NCBI GenBank assembly: GCA_030672545.1
Contig: DAOVGF010000021.1
Coordinates: forward strand, 1 to 52,756
Length of the DNA: 52,756 nt
Source: Candidatus Aerophobota bacterium
GTDB taxonomy: Bacteria > Aerophobota > Aerophobia > Aerophobales > Aerophobaceae
Reading direction: 5' to 3'
Position 1 is the first letter of the stretch. Each line of letters starts with the position of its first letter. Shown here piece after piece: positions 52,711-52,756 of the stretch. Under the pieces are notes generated by a model. That model had not been told where the DNA came from and did no database searches. It saw only the letters and a program-made list of their open reading frames with translations. The translations under genes and the position numbers were made by a program.

Positions 52711-52756
52711 CATACTACTAATCTGTAATAGCTTTTTCTTACGGTCCGCCTCTTCC

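Noticed and set aside
52527-52721. ORF 52527..52721 (+, 64 aa)
   Set aside because: It is entirely composed of the MITE right arm, the REPIN and the terminator hairpin, so it is an artefact of repeat translation.

Overview
This is a bacterial chromosomal segment with no rRNA and an AT-leaning composition. From the gene content it is probably an uncultivated, non-model lineage. Housekeeping blocks are interleaved with accessory modules. The housekeeping genes are ruvA-ruvB, glyQ-glyS, rpsO-pnp, rpsU, fmt, AMMECR1, a minus-strand tRNA-Leu/tRNA-fMet/tRNA-Met operon, an ftsB-like gene and a prepilin peptidase.

The accessory modules are:
1. A carbohydrate-type gene cluster of about 14 kb (10.6-24.3 kb) built around a form-IV RuBisCO-like protein (RLP). 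Its partners are an FGGY kinase plus a decayed second copy, a 2-hydroxyacid dehydrogenase, an NAD/SAF-domain dehydrogenase, transketolase, a small ferredoxin, a DUF3604/PHP metallohydrolase and a CUT1-type ABC importer. I rank this as the best candidate for an undescribed pathway.
2. A visibly GC-richer, translationally coupled SNF2-helicase/SWIM-zinc-finger gene pair (6.5-10.6 kb).
3. A NitT/TauT-type ABC importer with a PreA/dihydroorotate-dehydrogenase-like Fe-S flavoprotein and a Gfo/Idh/MocA oxidoreductase.
4. An orphan four-gene pseudopilin operon. Its major pilin carries an Asp-rich DxDxDG-like insertion.
5. An islet of about 0.8 kb carrying a DUF4258/DUF2283 toxin-antitoxin-like pair, bracketed by a duplicated tRNA-Met 3' end.

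Intergenic DNA is unusually rich in modular repeats. These are a REP/REPIN-like family with a GTAG head and compensatory stem changes (six loci), a MITE-like family with imperfect terminal inverted repeats of about 38 nt, and 9-nt tandem arrays. No CRISPR array, integrase, transposase or transcription factor is recognisable in the window. All calls rest on hand reading of the sequence and the ORF track, and no database search was run.
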